Positions 45,203 to 55,335 of a DNA stretch of 64,000 nt are shown in pieces. This DNA comes from a virus. Its lineage: Duplodnaviria > Caudoviricetes. The position numbers were made by a program, and so were the translations under genes. Under the pieces are notes generated by a model that was given only the letters and a program-made list of their open reading frames with translations, was not told the DNA's origin and searched no databases. Every line of letters begins with the position of its first letter. Position 1 is the stretch's first letter. The stretch lies in IMG/VR virus record IMGVR_UViG_3300035562_000079, positions 1 through 64,000 of that record. One strand, 5' to 3'.

Positions 45203-46075
45203 TTAGAAGGTAGCAATCAGATCGGCGGCATTCTTCCTGGTATCACCTTTACAGCTAAGTGAACGCGGGGCATCAAGCTGGTGGATGGTCATTCCATGCT
45301 TGACGTACAGCTCAATGACGTTCGGCGCCCGGCTGTTTGTGATAATGACGGCTGCGCCGCGCTGGTGGGCAGCTGCGAGGTGATTCATCAATGCTTCTTG
45401 ATCTGCAAAGCTAAACCCACCCGATGAGTAAGTGGTAAACCCTTCTTTTCCGGGTAACGGCTCGTAAGGTGGATCGCAAAAGACCACATCACCGGCGCCA
45501 GCTTGGGCTATCGTGCTCTGAAAGTTTTGATGTGAAAATTTGCAGCGCGTCGAAACTGAATGACACACCTTTATCTCGTCAACCGGCAGATAGGGGGACT
45601 TATACTTGCCGTAGCTTGTGTTAATGGCGCCAGCGAGGTTGTAACGCATCAGCCCGTTGAAGCAGTGTCGGTTGATAAAGATAAAGTGAGCTGCGCGGGC
45701 CACCAGCGGCATGCTGAGCTTCTCATTATTAAACTGCTGGCGTACTGCGGCGAACCCCTCTGCGGTGTTCTTGGTGCCAAATAGCTCCACCAGCGCCGTA
45801 ATTAACGTGTCCGGCGAAGACTGGATCACATGGTAGGTCGTGATTAGGTCATTGTTTATATCGCCGCATAGATATTCAGGGAAATCGAAGTTCATGAACA
45901 CCGATCCTCCGCCAACAAACGGTTCGATCAGACGTTTGCCTACTGGAAGGAATTGGGCGATTGTTGGTAACACCGAGGATTTACCCCCTGCCCATTTAAA
46001 AACGGAGCGTACTGGCTTCTCCCGGAGTGGGGCGCGTGTAGTCAAAGTATTCGCAGAAGGGCAGGTTACTTCCAT
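45203..46075 (-). CDS. dam: Dam-family DNA adenine methyltransferase
   Basis: KWAGGK, EPFVGGGSV and DPPY motifs. Confidence 0.93.
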   Translation of the reverse strand: MEVTCPSANTLTTRAPLREKPVRSVFKWAGGKSSVLPTIAQFLPVGKRLIEPFVGGGSVFMNFDFPEYLCGDINNDLITTYHVIQSSPDTLITALVELFGTKNTAEGFAAVRQQFNNEKLSMPLVARAAHFIFINRHCFNGLMRYNLAGAINTSYGKYKSPYLPVDEIKVCHSVSTRCKFSHQNFQSTIAQAGAGDVVFCDPPYEPLPGKEGFTTYSSGGFSFADQEALMNHLAAAHQRGAAVIITNSRAPNVIELYVKHGMTIHQLDAPRSLSCKGDTRKNAADLIATF

Positions 46076-46995
46076 TCCGATTCCCCCCCAAACGCGACTA
46101 ATGTGTCGTTAATCACCTCTGCCACTGTCTCTGCCATCAGCAAAAAATCGGCTCGTTTACGAACGTCAGAGCCGCTCTCGTCCTCCTCTTGCATTTCATC
46201 GTTCATTTCTAAGAACAAGTCGGAGAACTTCAGGCGTTTGAACGAGCAATCATCGGTCATCATGAAATTGACGTGGAATTTTGTGGCGTGGAACATGCTG
46301 AGGTTTGTGACCAGTTTGCCGCTCGATACTGTGGACTCGATTGTGTCGCTACCTAAAGGCTCATTTCGGAATGATGTTGTTCCACCCTCAGAGAGAATGC
46401 TTACCATGCGGGCATCACACTCCCCCTGCATGTGGAGCGGCGCCGGGGCTTCCCCTGCCTTCATCCATTCGGTCATTACCAGTTCGATAGGTTCTTTGGT
46501 GGTGATTGGCACAACCGGCAAAGAACCCAGCGTTTTTCGAAGCAATGCCAGCACATCCTCTGCGCGTTTAGCATTAGTGGTATCAACGATGATCCTCCCC
46601 TTATCTTGGTCAATCCAGAGCTGCGTCTCTACCTTTCGGGTGAATGCTCTAGGGAGTAGGTTTTGCAGAACCTCATCTTTAATTGTCGCGCGCTCTGCGT
46701 GCTTTAGTCGGCGGTGTTGTTCTTGCTCCAACTGGTTAACACGTTCATTAACTTGGGCTTTTAGGAAGTCGGGAGGAATGACCTTTTTCTCGGTCAGCAT
46801 AGTGATCAGAATGTGGTTCTTCATCTGAAGCGAGAATTGTTCTTTGCCATCGAGAGCCTTCCACCCGCTACGGCTCATGTCGTGTGCTCCGCACGGCGTG
46901 AATGCCATTGCTTTCAGCTGCTCATTGAGATTTTCCGGCGCTATAGCCCCGGAGCGATGTAGATACACCACCGCATTTTTGAACAGGGTAAACAA
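46066..46995 (-). CDS. rdgC: RdgC recombination-associated protein (P1 HrdC-like)
   Basis: FKNAVVY, LLPRAF and LLRKTLGSLPVVP motifs; likely TTG start at 46995 after AAGGAG. Confidence 0.92.
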   Translation of the reverse strand: MFTLFKNAVVYLHRSGAIAPENLNEQLKAMAFTPCGAHDMSRSGWKALDGKEQFSLQMKNHILITMLTEKKVIPPDFLKAQVNERVNQLEQEQHRRLKHAERATIKDEVLQNLLPRAFTRKVETQLWIDQDKGRIIVDTTNAKRAEDVLALLRKTLGSLPVVPITTKEPIELVMTEWMKAGEAPAPLHMQGECDARMVSILSEGGTTSFRNEPLGSDTIESTVSSGKLVTNLSMFHATKFHVNFMMTDDCSFKRLKFSDLFLEMNDEMQEEDESGSDVRKRADFLLMAETVAEVINDTLVAFGGESEWK

Positions 46996-47021
46996 AGGGT
47001 TCTCCTTGATGTTTTGTAAAA

Positions 47022-47036
47022 CTAATTTCAAATTAG
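47022..47036. promoter_or_regulatory. Repressor operator CTAAT-N5-ATTAG
   Basis: Core of the palindrome AAACTAATTT-c-AAATTAGTTT upstream of rdgC-dam. Confidence 0.7.
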
Positions 47037-47256
47037 TTTAACAGAGTTAATGCTCATTCACGTCAACTTTTGTGCGGGTGACGCTGGTGGTTATGTGAAG
47101 AGTTACCAGGAATGTAGCGGCCATATTTGAGAGAGGGAGGGGGCTTGGAGTGAGGCAAAGCAATATGCCAAATGGAGTAAAGGGGCTATCCTATAATGGC
47201 TTTTAAAATAGATAGTTAAATGGATTACTGCAATTTTTAGGCTTAAGGAAGGTTTT

Positions 47257-47649
47257 ATGACTACGGAACAAAGCAACTACATCTCACAGCAAAACGAGCC
47301 AAGAAACTATACCAGCGAGGAAAAGATGATGATCATCCAGCTCGCAGGTGTCTTGTACTCGCCGGAAAAAATTCAAACTCTTTGGGAAATGTTTTCCGCA
47401 ATGAACAAGGATATTGAGGATTTGAAGGACGTGGAAAAGAGAGCAGATCTTGATTATGGAAACACTCACGTAGTGAGCGAAAGGAAGCAGCTCAACATAA
47501 CGATAGCCGCAGCTAGTCGCAAACGGAAAATGCTCCAACAAGAATACAATATCCTTATCAAGGAGCATCATCTTGTTGTAAAACTAAAATCCTTTGAGAA
47601 GGAAGTTAAGGCGCCATACGAACCTAACGAAAAAATGATTGAGTTGTAA
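47257..47649 (+). CDS. AT-rich helical hypothetical protein (moron-like)
   Basis: 130 aa, AAGG RBS, upstream TATAAT, oriented opposite to its neighbours. Confidence 0.7.
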   Translation: MTTEQSNYISQQNEPRNYTSEEKMMIIQLAGVLYSPEKIQTLWEMFSAMNKDIEDLKDVEKRADLDYGNTHVVSERKQLNITIAAASRKRKMLQQEYNILIKEHHLVVKLKSFEKEVKAPYEPNEKMIEL

Positions 47650-47724
47650 ATCTAGGCACATGACTGAACAGAAGTTATCCACAAATTCTGTTGATAACCG
47701 CCGGACGCCGGCGGTTTATCGTGC

Positions 47725-48360
47725 TCAAGCTTTGTCAAAGGCTATCTGAGCACCTTTGAAGCTAATCTTCCCACCAGCGGTAAAATCCATATTGCCAGCC
47801 GCCTTCACGTCCACATCACTGGCAGCGACCAACGTCACTTTGCCACCTGCACTGATAAACGCATCGCTACTGCTGATCATATAGGATTGACCAGCCTCAT
47901 TCATTCCAATGGTAGAGCCATCATCGATACGAGTAATGGCATAACCACCACCAACAGAGCGCACCTCAAGCAGGCCGTTGCGTTTCAGTACCGCGTCCTT
48001 TGTTGAGTTGAGCTTTGGAGCTGGTGGGGCGCCTTCAACGTCTGGGGGCGTGTACTGGCCGCCCTGGCCCGAAGCCTCGGGAGGAACGTTAGGCACACCA
48101 CCGGGCCAGTCTTGTGCCGCACCTATAATCATGGGCCGTCGTGAGTCGCCTTCATACGGAAACTCTACCCATACTAGATCGCCTGCAATGGTAGGGACAA
48201 AACCGCCCCCAATCGGTAGTAGGTATTCAGCCCAAGGCAGAGCCGAATCAGCCATATCATCCCACTCATGCATTAGGCGTATCTGTGCTTTCATCATCCC
48301 GCCCTGGTGCACGGTACTGACGATTTTAGCTCGGCGTTTTCCAATGATTTTGTTATGCAC
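47725..48360 (-). CDS. Baseplate spike (P1 gp5, gpV-like OB fold)
   Basis: LPWAEY...GDLVWVEF..GDSRRP.IIG and a beta-helix C-terminus. Confidence 0.85.
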   Translation of the reverse strand: MHNKIIGKRRAKIVSTVHQGGMMKAQIRLMHEWDDMADSALPWAEYLLPIGGGFVPTIAGDLVWVEFPYEGDSRRPMIIGAAQDWPGGVPNVPPEASGQGGQYTPPDVEGAPPAPKLNSTKDAVLKRNGLLEVRSVGGGYAITRIDDGSTIGMNEAGQSYMISSSDAFISAGGKVTLVAASDVDVKAAGNMDFTAGGKISFKGAQIAFDKA

Positions 48361-49336
48361 CTTTCACTACTCCCAATATCATCCGACAAACGTAAGAGCG
48401 GCGGTCTTCATAGTGTGTCACCCCCATTATCACCATGCTGCTTTCTACTGACTCATCGAGTGAGCTATCAGTGTCATAGCGCTGAATAAGCACCGTGATC
48501 TGTTGGCCCACAGCCAAACTGGCGTTACCCTCACATTCGACATCGAGTTTCGGGATAATTGTCAGAGATAGGTTCATCAGAACTTCACGGTTGGCATCGG
48601 AGATCATCTTGATTGGGAACTCCTTTTTACCAATCGCGATATACCCCTCTGTCTCACTGTATGCAGAAAATCGATAACGAACCTTACTCAGATAGGCCTC
48701 ATCCTGAGTTAGATGTCGTGCCTTTGTGAAAAGGTTCTCCGCAGATGGGTTATTGGTTTCGTACTTGGCTACCGGCTTCAGTTTTTGCAGTGCCGACAGT
48801 GTTCTAACACTCAGGGTTCCCCGAGCAATCCAGGCACGGGCACCGTGGTCACGGGCTATCTTATCGATTAATGCCGAAGGTTTGGCGCCAGGCACAAGGT
48901 GATAGGTGGTCATCCGGTTAAAAGGATCTGCGACCAACTTCAGTTTTTCACCAGATAGCGCGCTCAACATATCTTTAGGGTTTTGGTCGACAAAGAACCG
49001 AGGTGATACCGTTTTCTGATGGAGCTGATGCAAAGCCTTTGGAATCGCAACAATGCGTACCGTATCGTTCGCGTAAGGGCAGGAAACGATGGTCATTTCA
49101 TCGCTCCAGCTCATACCACCATCGCTGTCCCCCATGACGGCCACCAGCAGAGATCCCTCTTTCATTTTTTTCTCATTCATAAGCTGGTTGTTGACGTCAC
49201 GAACATGCAATTCCAACGCCGGCGACTGCATATTCATGTGTTCAACGTAAGCCGAAGTGGTGACCATTTCCCTGGGTACTTCAGCACCATCGATCACAAC
49301 GGACTGAAGGAAAAACTGGTTAAGCTGTCCGGCCAT
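48353..49336 (-). CDS. Baseplate hub protein (P1 gp6-like)
   Basis: 327 aa, immediately upstream of the spike gene, P1 synteny. Confidence 0.7.
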   Translation of the reverse strand: MAGQLNQFFLQSVVIDGAEVPREMVTTSAYVEHMNMQSPALELHVRDVNNQLMNEKKMKEGSLLVAVMGDSDGGMSWSDEMTIVSCPYANDTVRIVAIPKALHQLHQKTVSPRFFVDQNPKDMLSALSGEKLKLVADPFNRMTTYHLVPGAKPSALIDKIARDHGARAWIARGTLSVRTLSALQKLKPVAKYETNNPSAENLFTKARHLTQDEAYLSKVRYRFSAYSETEGYIAIGKKEFPIKMISDANREVLMNLSLTIIPKLDVECEGNASLAVGQQITVLIQRYDTDSSLDESVESSMVIMGVTHYEDRRSYVCRMILGVVKGA

Positions 49337-49337
49337 C

Positions 49338-50108
49338 TCAGTTCTCCTTCACGGCGGCAATTACGTTAGTTAGCGCACGGTGGGGGACAACGGCAAGCGC
49401 ACGTATCACATCGACTGAGGCTGTCAGAGTCGTCTGCACTGCGAAAATACGGTCGTCACCGATTGGTGCTGAAATATCGGTAAAGGATAAATCGCGGCTA
49501 TCGGTAAGCGTTACATCCAGATCCAGCTCCACGAGCGCCAGTTTAACCGGCGCCGATAATGAACGGTGTTCAGAGAAGCGCAGCTGTACGCCTATCGTGT
49601 TGATCAGAAGGGATAGCGTTTCCTTTTCCGCCGCCAGCAGAGTAATTGTGTATGTAAGAGAGGCGTTTGTGGAATCGATCGCGGCGTAAGGCTGACCGTC
49701 CTTATCCTCAACGATGTTAAAGCCGTATGAATGCTTGAGATCCCGTTTTTGCTCTATAGGCATAAATGCAGTGTCAAAAGAGCGTGAAACGTTAATCACC
49801 GGTAAGGCCTGTTTATTCATAACCGGTTTATTTGGCGTATTTTTCCAGCTGTCGGCCTTGCGTAGGGCACGCAGAAATTCGGCTACATCGTCAAACTTAC
49901 CGAAAACGACGCGATCGGCTGGTGGGCTTTCTATAAACCTAACAAAGGCCGCGTTCTCAAGGGTTTCTGTGTTAATCGAGGCGCCGTCAAACATGCGGCT
50001 AATGTAGGTAGCGATAGCGTTATCAGCTGATTGGAAGCCTGAAATTTCAAATTCGCCCGTTGGCTCCAGTCGCAGTTCGCGAAAGCGAGAGATCAATTGT
50101 TCCATCAT
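49338..50108 (-). CDS. Tail completion protein (P1 gp24-like)
   Basis: Synteny; ALPVINVSRS motif. Confidence 0.65.
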   Translation of the reverse strand: MMEQLISRFRELRLEPTGEFEISGFQSADNAIATYISRMFDGASINTETLENAAFVRFIESPPADRVVFGKFDDVAEFLRALRKADSWKNTPNKPVMNKQALPVINVSRSFDTAFMPIEQKRDLKHSYGFNIVEDKDGQPYAAIDSTNASLTYTITLLAAEKETLSLLINTIGVQLRFSEHRSLSAPVKLALVELDLDVTLTDSRDLSFTDISAPIGDDRIFAVQTTLTASVDVIRALAVVPHRALTNVIAAVKEN

Positions 50109-50905
50109 TGGGCCACCTCGGGCGTTCCCTCAAAGTTACGGGCAGGGATGCAGTAATACAATGAACCGACTGCTGCGGTTCCGTATGTGAATATTCGATG
50201 GACATACCACCAGCAGCGAACGGTGGAACCCTCAGACAACGACTCGTTCCATTCGAGAATAGAACCCACAGGTACAAAGGCGCGGGCCGCAGGGTGAGGG
50301 TTACCGTTTTCATCTTCGCCGGTATCAATTGCCTCCATTTGCGGCGCTATACGGAGCAGTAGAACGTCATCAACACCGCCGTCTTGCTCGCCGTCGTTAT
50401 CCATTGCATCCAAACCCGCGCGTTCATCGGGGCAATCCAATACAGCCACGGCGACGGGGTCGCCATAGGTAAGCGTCTTTTGGTTGTTATTTAGTTCGGT
50501 AAAACTCGGCTCCAATGGTTGGCCTTCATCGTCTAACTCAACTTCCTCGGCATCGCTTGGAACGAACAACAATGCATCAAAAGAGAAAGGGTCGGCCGCT
50601 ATGGCCCGTTGCCAGTCTCGTCGAACCATGTCGTTAAACGCAGCGTGGCCGGAGTAGCGGCTTTTTAATGACTGGGCCGGACGTGTAGAAATGCTATTGG
50701 GGATAGTGGCAGCAGATGGTAAATCTGCGCCCTCAGCCGTGTTGTCATCAACGCTGCTAACAGCATCGCTAATGTCAGTGAAGGCCTGTTGTTCTGGTTC
50801 TGGCGTGCTGGTGGGCACCTCGGGAATAGGATTTGCCTCGATCGGCAGGTTCTCTGGTAATTCTTCTTCATTTTCTGGTTCGAAAAATTCACTAAAGCGG
50901 CTCAA
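50105..50905 (-). CDS. Head-tail protein (P1 gp7-like)
   Basis: Acidic N-terminus; VPVGSILEW...WWYVH...YG motif; synteny. Confidence 0.65.
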   Translation of the reverse strand: MSRFSEFFEPENEEELPENLPIEANPIPEVPTSTPEPEQQAFTDISDAVSSVDDNTAEGADLPSAATIPNSISTRPAQSLKSRYSGHAAFNDMVRRDWQRAIAADPFSFDALLFVPSDAEEVELDDEGQPLEPSFTELNNNQKTLTYGDPVAVAVLDCPDERAGLDAMDNDGEQDGGVDDVLLLRIAPQMEAIDTGEDENGNPHPAARAFVPVGSILEWNESLSEGSTVRCWWYVHRIFTYGTAAVGSLYYCIPARNFEGTPEVAQ

Positions 50906-52119
50906 TGCTTATTCCCCAATGTGGTCTTAATGTGCTGCTCGAAGGCTTTGGCGGCTTCCTCTGGTGTTTTTCCTGCCATTACCTGGGCGTCGATAAAAAT
51001 TTGTCGTTGCAGCTTTAGCAGGTCAGTCACCTGGCGTTTGTATTGCTCCAACTCGTCCGAGCGCTGCTTCGCCTTGGCTTCGGCAACCTTCCTGCGAGCG
51101 CGTTCTTGCGCAGTTACCTGGCGGGCACGTGCCAGCTTTGATCTGGCATTGCTGAGGGTGGTTTTGTCTTTGTCGGTGAGCTTGCTTTGTAATGCGTCAA
51201 TGCGTTTCTGATAACGCTGGTATTCAGCGCGGACTGCGGCTTGGTTGGTTTTACCTTTCCTGTTGCGATTGAGTTGCTTAATTTCGCTCTCGCTAAAGTA
51301 TTCGTGGGTCTTCTTACGATCGTCACCGAAGTGGTGGCCCTTCGATGCCTTGATCAGTGATTCGATAATACGTGTTTGCCAACCTGCACCTTGCATACGA
51401 GTGAATGCGTGAATGATGTGCTTACAAGCCACCCCACGCAGGTTCGGGTTCTTAATTTTTGGGAAGACGTATTCTTTAGGCGGCGCTATGGTGAAGTTGC
51501 CCGCCGTGGCGATATAGCGATACCAATACATGTAGCGGCCGCAGTCACAGTTAATGGAGGCACGGCCGGCCACCAGCTTCCGTACCAGGCGCATTAAGGT
51601 AGCCCGGTCATTGGTTACGTTTTCGAGTGCATCCTCCCATTCTTCAAATCTGAGCTGCACCAGGTGGCTGGAGTCCAAAGAACTGTTGGAAGCGGTCACG
51701 CGAATTTGGGCAATGTTATGTTTCAAGCCAATGAAGGAGGCAGACGAAATGCCTGAGCCATCATCAACATTGTTATTTGCCCTCTTAACGTCGATGGACT
51801 GGGAGTGGGCCACCAGTTGCCCATATGTGATACCAGGCTGAGTATTGGTGAACTTTTTCTTCGCCTCGCCCCGACTGGCCTCAAATCCTTTCAAATCATC
51901 CAGGGTGAAGAAAGTGCCGTCCTTCTTTTTTCCAAGCCCAATGACGTCTTCTAAGTGTTTGTTCTTCAGTAAAGATGGTGTGAGGTGTTTGCTCCCATTT
52001 CTCCGCCGGCGCGCCTGTGCACGTTCTTTCTGGATCTGGTCAAATAGGCGGGTAAATTGTTTCGGTGATAAGCCATCAGTGATGTATCGCCCGTTGTCGT
52101 CCTTCTTGAAGTCGTCCAC
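50902..52119 (-). CDS. P1 gp25-like protein with SWIM-like zinc motif
   Basis: CDCGRYMYWYRY...NPNLRGVACKH. Confidence 0.7.
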   Translation of the reverse strand: MDDFKKDDNGRYITDGLSPKQFTRLFDQIQKERAQARRRRNGSKHLTPSLLKNKHLEDVIGLGKKKDGTFFTLDDLKGFEASRGEAKKKFTNTQPGITYGQLVAHSQSIDVKRANNNVDDGSGISSASFIGLKHNIAQIRVTASNSSLDSSHLVQLRFEEWEDALENVTNDRATLMRLVRKLVAGRASINCDCGRYMYWYRYIATAGNFTIAPPKEYVFPKIKNPNLRGVACKHIIHAFTRMQGAGWQTRIIESLIKASKGHHFGDDRKKTHEYFSESEIKQLNRNRKGKTNQAAVRAEYQRYQKRIDALQSKLTDKDKTTLSNARSKLARARQVTAQERARRKVAEAKAKQRSDELEQYKRQVTDLLKLQRQIFIDAQVMAGKTPEEAAKAFEQHIKTTLGNKH

Positions 52120-52131
52120 CGTATCCCCCTG

Positions 52132-52470
52132 TTATAACGTTTGGGTTACGGGTAATTCGCCAGTATCCACGTAATGGCGAATCCGGTCGCGAAGCCAGGC
52201 AATTGACGGTACGGACAGCGTGGCGCCGATTGGTAACGGCTCGTATTCAGCCTCAGTGCCGGCCAACAGCCGCACGCACCACCGTAGCTCATGCGTCCCC
52301 CAAATACGGTGGGCGATAAGGTCGGGGCGGTACTCTTCATCGGGTTTAATATCGTAGCGCTGTAGGTCGATGTCCTGGCTGGTGGATTTGCGGATCACTT
52401 CATTATGAAGGTAAGCCCTGATGATAGGGTCTTCGATGCAGCGATCATCTAATCGGTTGTAGGTGCTCAT
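52132..52470 (-). CDS. LysM-like baseplate protein (P1 gp26-like)
   Basis: YDIKPDEEYRPDLIAHRIWG...W. Confidence 0.75.
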   Translation of the reverse strand: MSTYNRLDDRCIEDPIIRAYLHNEVIRKSTSQDIDLQRYDIKPDEEYRPDLIAHRIWGTHELRWCVRLLAGTEAEYEPLPIGATLSVPSIAWLRDRIRHYVDTGELPVTQTL

Positions 52471-53117
52471 AAGATAATCGTGTCCTTGTCATCCATTCTT
52501 TTACCTGCCAAGGTTGCAGCCGGCGTATGCTTCGCTTGGACTGACTGTGTGATCCAATCTGCGCTGTGCCTTGCATCACTGCTGTCAGAATGGAGCGCGC
52601 TCATCATGCGTTTGAAGTAGCCGGCGCTGCCGACGGGTTGATAGAAAGTGCCGTAACAACAAAGGATCGTCAGGATATGCTCTGGACGCAGCTCGGCCCA
52701 GGCGATGTTGTAGATTGGCTCCCCATTTGAGTTGTAGGAAACGTCGACGATGGAATGAGGGATATCGAACCGACTTGCACCATCTTTCGGCGTGATAATG
52801 GCATTGGTGCGTTTAAGCTCGTTGTAACGATCAAGAGCGACAGATATTACGGGGTAGCCGTTGTTATGCTTATCGCTGAGTCGGACGCGATTTGCGCCGG
52901 TAGCTTTCGATACGTCACCGGAAACTTCGTCTACGAGCGAAACCATACCTTTGTTGACGTAACCCAATAGAGTAGGGATGAGCTGACCATTGATATCGGA
53001 CAGGTTGGGGGAGTATTTCGTCACGTTACCCATGACGAGGACGTTATCTTTATAAACGGCTCTCAACATCTGGGCGCTTGGGCCAGAGAGAGTGGCGACA
53101 CAGATCGGTAAAACCAT
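52467..53117 (-). CDS. Mat-like particle maturation protein
   Basis: 216 aa downstream of ref as in P1; weak recalled similarity. Confidence 0.5.
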   Translation of the reverse strand: MVLPICVATLSGPSAQMLRAVYKDNVLVMGNVTKYSPNLSDINGQLIPTLLGYVNKGMVSLVDEVSGDVSKATGANRVRLSDKHNNGYPVISVALDRYNELKRTNAIITPKDGASRFDIPHSIVDVSYNSNGEPIYNIAWAELRPEHILTILCCYGTFYQPVGSAGYFKRMMSALHSDSSDARHSADWITQSVQAKHTPAATLAGKRMDDKDTIIL

Positions 53118-53284
53118 AATTCACCTTTGCAGAAAGAAAAAAACCGCCCGGAGGCGGCTCATTTCTGCATGGGCATTCGGCTGTCGCGCTGAAATTGTGG
53201 TTTCGTGTCGAAAAGCAAAACCCCAAAACCGAACCGCCCTAAGCGAAAATTATATTAGTTTTACGCAACGCGAAAGTAAAGCAC

Positions 53285-53647
53285 TTATATCACCAGTTCC
53301 CCAGATTCAATTTTGTCTACCAGCGATATAGCCAGATCAAGGAGAAAATCTTGAGTGTTATTGCGCCGCTCAAAATCTGTTTTACCTCCAACGGTACCGC
53401 AAGCATGCACCGGAATTAACCAAGGGAAGCGCCGCCGGAATTCCGACGGGGCAGCATGCTGGTGGTGCCAAACACAAAGGGGGAGTATTCGCTTATGTGC
53501 GCCGGGTTTTACGCGCCCATCGATGTGATGAAGACTGACCTCGTATGATTTTTGTCCGTGGAGTAAGCAAGCAATACAGGGCAACTTGCCCATTCTGTCC
53601 ATGAACCGCCGTTCTTCGGCTGTAGGTGTGCGACCGTAGTTTTTCAA
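53285..53647 (-). CDS. ref: Ref RecA-dependent HNH nuclease
   Basis: GRTPTAEE, PCIAC, SLHHIDGR..PGAH..ILPLC.WHHQ. Confidence 0.9.
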   Translation of the reverse strand: MKNYGRTPTAEERRFMDRMGKLPCIACLLHGQKSYEVSLHHIDGRVKPGAHKRILPLCVWHHQHAAPSEFRRRFPWLIPVHACGTVGGKTDFERRNNTQDFLLDLAISLVDKIESGELVI

Positions 53648-53715
53648 TGTAGATACAATAATTAGTTTATTAGATGGACGATAACAACTTTATTGCCATC
53701 GCCCACCATTGTGGA

Positions 53716-54501
53716 TTAATCGGCGTTCGCAGTGGTCAGAGGGGCACTATCTGTATCCTCAGAGTCTTCTCCACCAGCATTCGCTTGAGCTTCTGACTCG
53801 GGCATGTTTTCTTCAGGCTTTGTTGCAAGAGCCGCTTCAATAATTCCGGCCGCGTTATCTGGAGAAATGCCGATAACAGCATACTCATCGAGTTCTGGCA
53901 CATGCACGACGTCGTTGCCCATGTCAGTGTTAGCCAACATCCAAGCATAGGTATTATCTCCCATCCACTGGAGTGACGGCTTATCCCCATCGACTTCAGG
54001 GCGAAGAAGATAGGCTTTGCGACCGATACCGGCGACACGTAAAGCAGCAAAGCATACTGCCTGGATGAGGGAATGTGATGTTTCTGAGACTGGTTCCTGG
54101 GTGCCGACTTTCAATCCTGTATTCGCCATATCATTGGCGCCATAATTGGTGTTCAGTTCAACGCGCCACTGGCCTACTAGGTTACCGTTCTCAAACAGAA
54201 TAGGTGAAGCGATCAGGCCCATAGAACGAATTAAGCTTTGGCAAAATGCGATGTTATTGAATGGTGACAGTTCTGGCATGCTTTCAAAAGCGGAATAATC
54301 AGGTTCACTTCCTTCCGTAACCTGTTTACGAATCCAGGTGCGTGAACCATCTTGTGCAACGAAAACGTTAGCCGGCCCTTGGCTGGCAATATGGTCATGC
54401 TTAAGCCCGGCGAGCAGTGCCAGGGCATTGGAAGCTTCGAAGGGATTCAAGCCGCTGTCAGTTGTGGTCAATGTGAGGTGATCGTTCAAGCGGTATTTCA
54501 T
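53716..54501 (-). CDS. Hypothetical early protein
   Basis: 261 aa, ATGA-coupled to the upstream ORF, acidic tail. Confidence 0.7.
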   Translation of the reverse strand: MKYRLNDHLTLTTTDSGLNPFEASNALALLAGLKHDHIASQGPANVFVAQDGSRTWIRKQVTEGSEPDYSAFESMPELSPFNNIAFCQSLIRSMGLIASPILFENGNLVGQWRVELNTNYGANDMANTGLKVGTQEPVSETSHSLIQAVCFAALRVAGIGRKAYLLRPEVDGDKPSLQWMGDNTYAWMLANTDMGNDVVHVPELDEYAVIGISPDNAAGIIEAALATKPEENMPESEAQANAGGEDSEDTDSAPLTTANAD

Positions 54502-54842
54502 TGGCGTTCCTTAAATAAGTTTAAACGGACAGGGGGGGATTGACGGGCTTGGTCATCAAAAGCAGCAGCTAAGTCGGCAATAATATCCCCAAATTTTGAG
54601 TCACAATCAGCCACACCTCGAGTAGCAACCTCTTCAGTAGCTTGCTCCACGAATGCTATAGCGCGGCTGATATCTGGCATGGTGTAATCGATAGCCAGAT
54701 CACGCAGGGCCGGGTGATGAAGTAGCTCCACCCCTAAGACAACAACGGAGGTTCCTGCTTTGACGCCAGCTGCCAATGAGACACGACGGCCATTCAGAGA
54801 GAAGACCTTGCGGGCATGGATTTTGGACACAAAAACCCCCAT
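54498..54842 (-). CDS. Hypothetical early protein
   Basis: 114 aa behind a promoter containing an operator. Confidence 0.65.
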   Translation of the reverse strand: MGVFVSKIHARKVFSLNGRRVSLAAGVKAGTSVVVLGVELLHHPALRDLAIDYTMPDISRAIAFVEQATEEVATRGVADCDSKFGDIIADLAAAFDDQARQSPPVRLNLFKERQ

Positions 54843-54868
54843 TGATGTACAGGAGGCGCATTATACAC

Positions 54869-54883
54869 CTAATACTATATTAG
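54869..54883. promoter_or_regulatory. Repressor operator CTAAT-N5-ATTAG
   Basis: CTAATactatATTAG between minus-strand TTAAAC (-35) and TATAAT (-10, 54860-54865). Confidence 0.7.
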
Positions 54884-54918
54884 TTTAACGAAACATTTTT
54901 TTCATCACTGCCGCTACG

Positions 54919-55323
54919 TCATTTATTGTTCTTGGTTTTTCTAACAGCTTTGAGTTCTTCAAACAACATGCTGAAGTGTTCAACGCGTTCTTCTAGTGCT
55001 GATAGATGTCGCACCTTTTCTGATTCTGGTAGTGCGTTGAATAGAGTTATTAACTTCGCTTGCCGCTCGTCCAACTGGCGAGGTAATTCATCTGCGGGAA
55101 TAGGGCGCTCGGCATCATCACCGTATAGCAACCAAGTTGGAGAGCAACGTAGGACGCCCCCCAGTGAAAAGAGGTTTTTCCCTTTTGGTTCAGTTTCGCC
55201 ATTTTCCCACTTAAAGATAGTTACATGAGAGACTCCTACAGCATCGCCGAGGCTCTGTTGAGTGAGGTCTAACTCTGTTCTGCGTGACCTTATGCGATCG
55301 CTTAGATAGCTGATTTTCGACAT
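54919..55323 (-). CDS. DicA-like XRE repressor (no S24 peptidase domain)
   Basis: EPKGKNLFSL...CSPTWLLYG...LFNALPESE...LFEELK, full-length resemblance to DicA. Confidence 0.85.
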   Translation of the reverse strand: MSKISYLSDRIRSRRTELDLTQQSLGDAVGVSHVTIFKWENGETEPKGKNLFSLGGVLRCSPTWLLYGDDAERPIPADELPRQLDERQAKLITLFNALPESEKVRHLSALEERVEHFSMLFEELKAVRKTKNNK

Positions 55324-55335
55324 GATAATATATCC

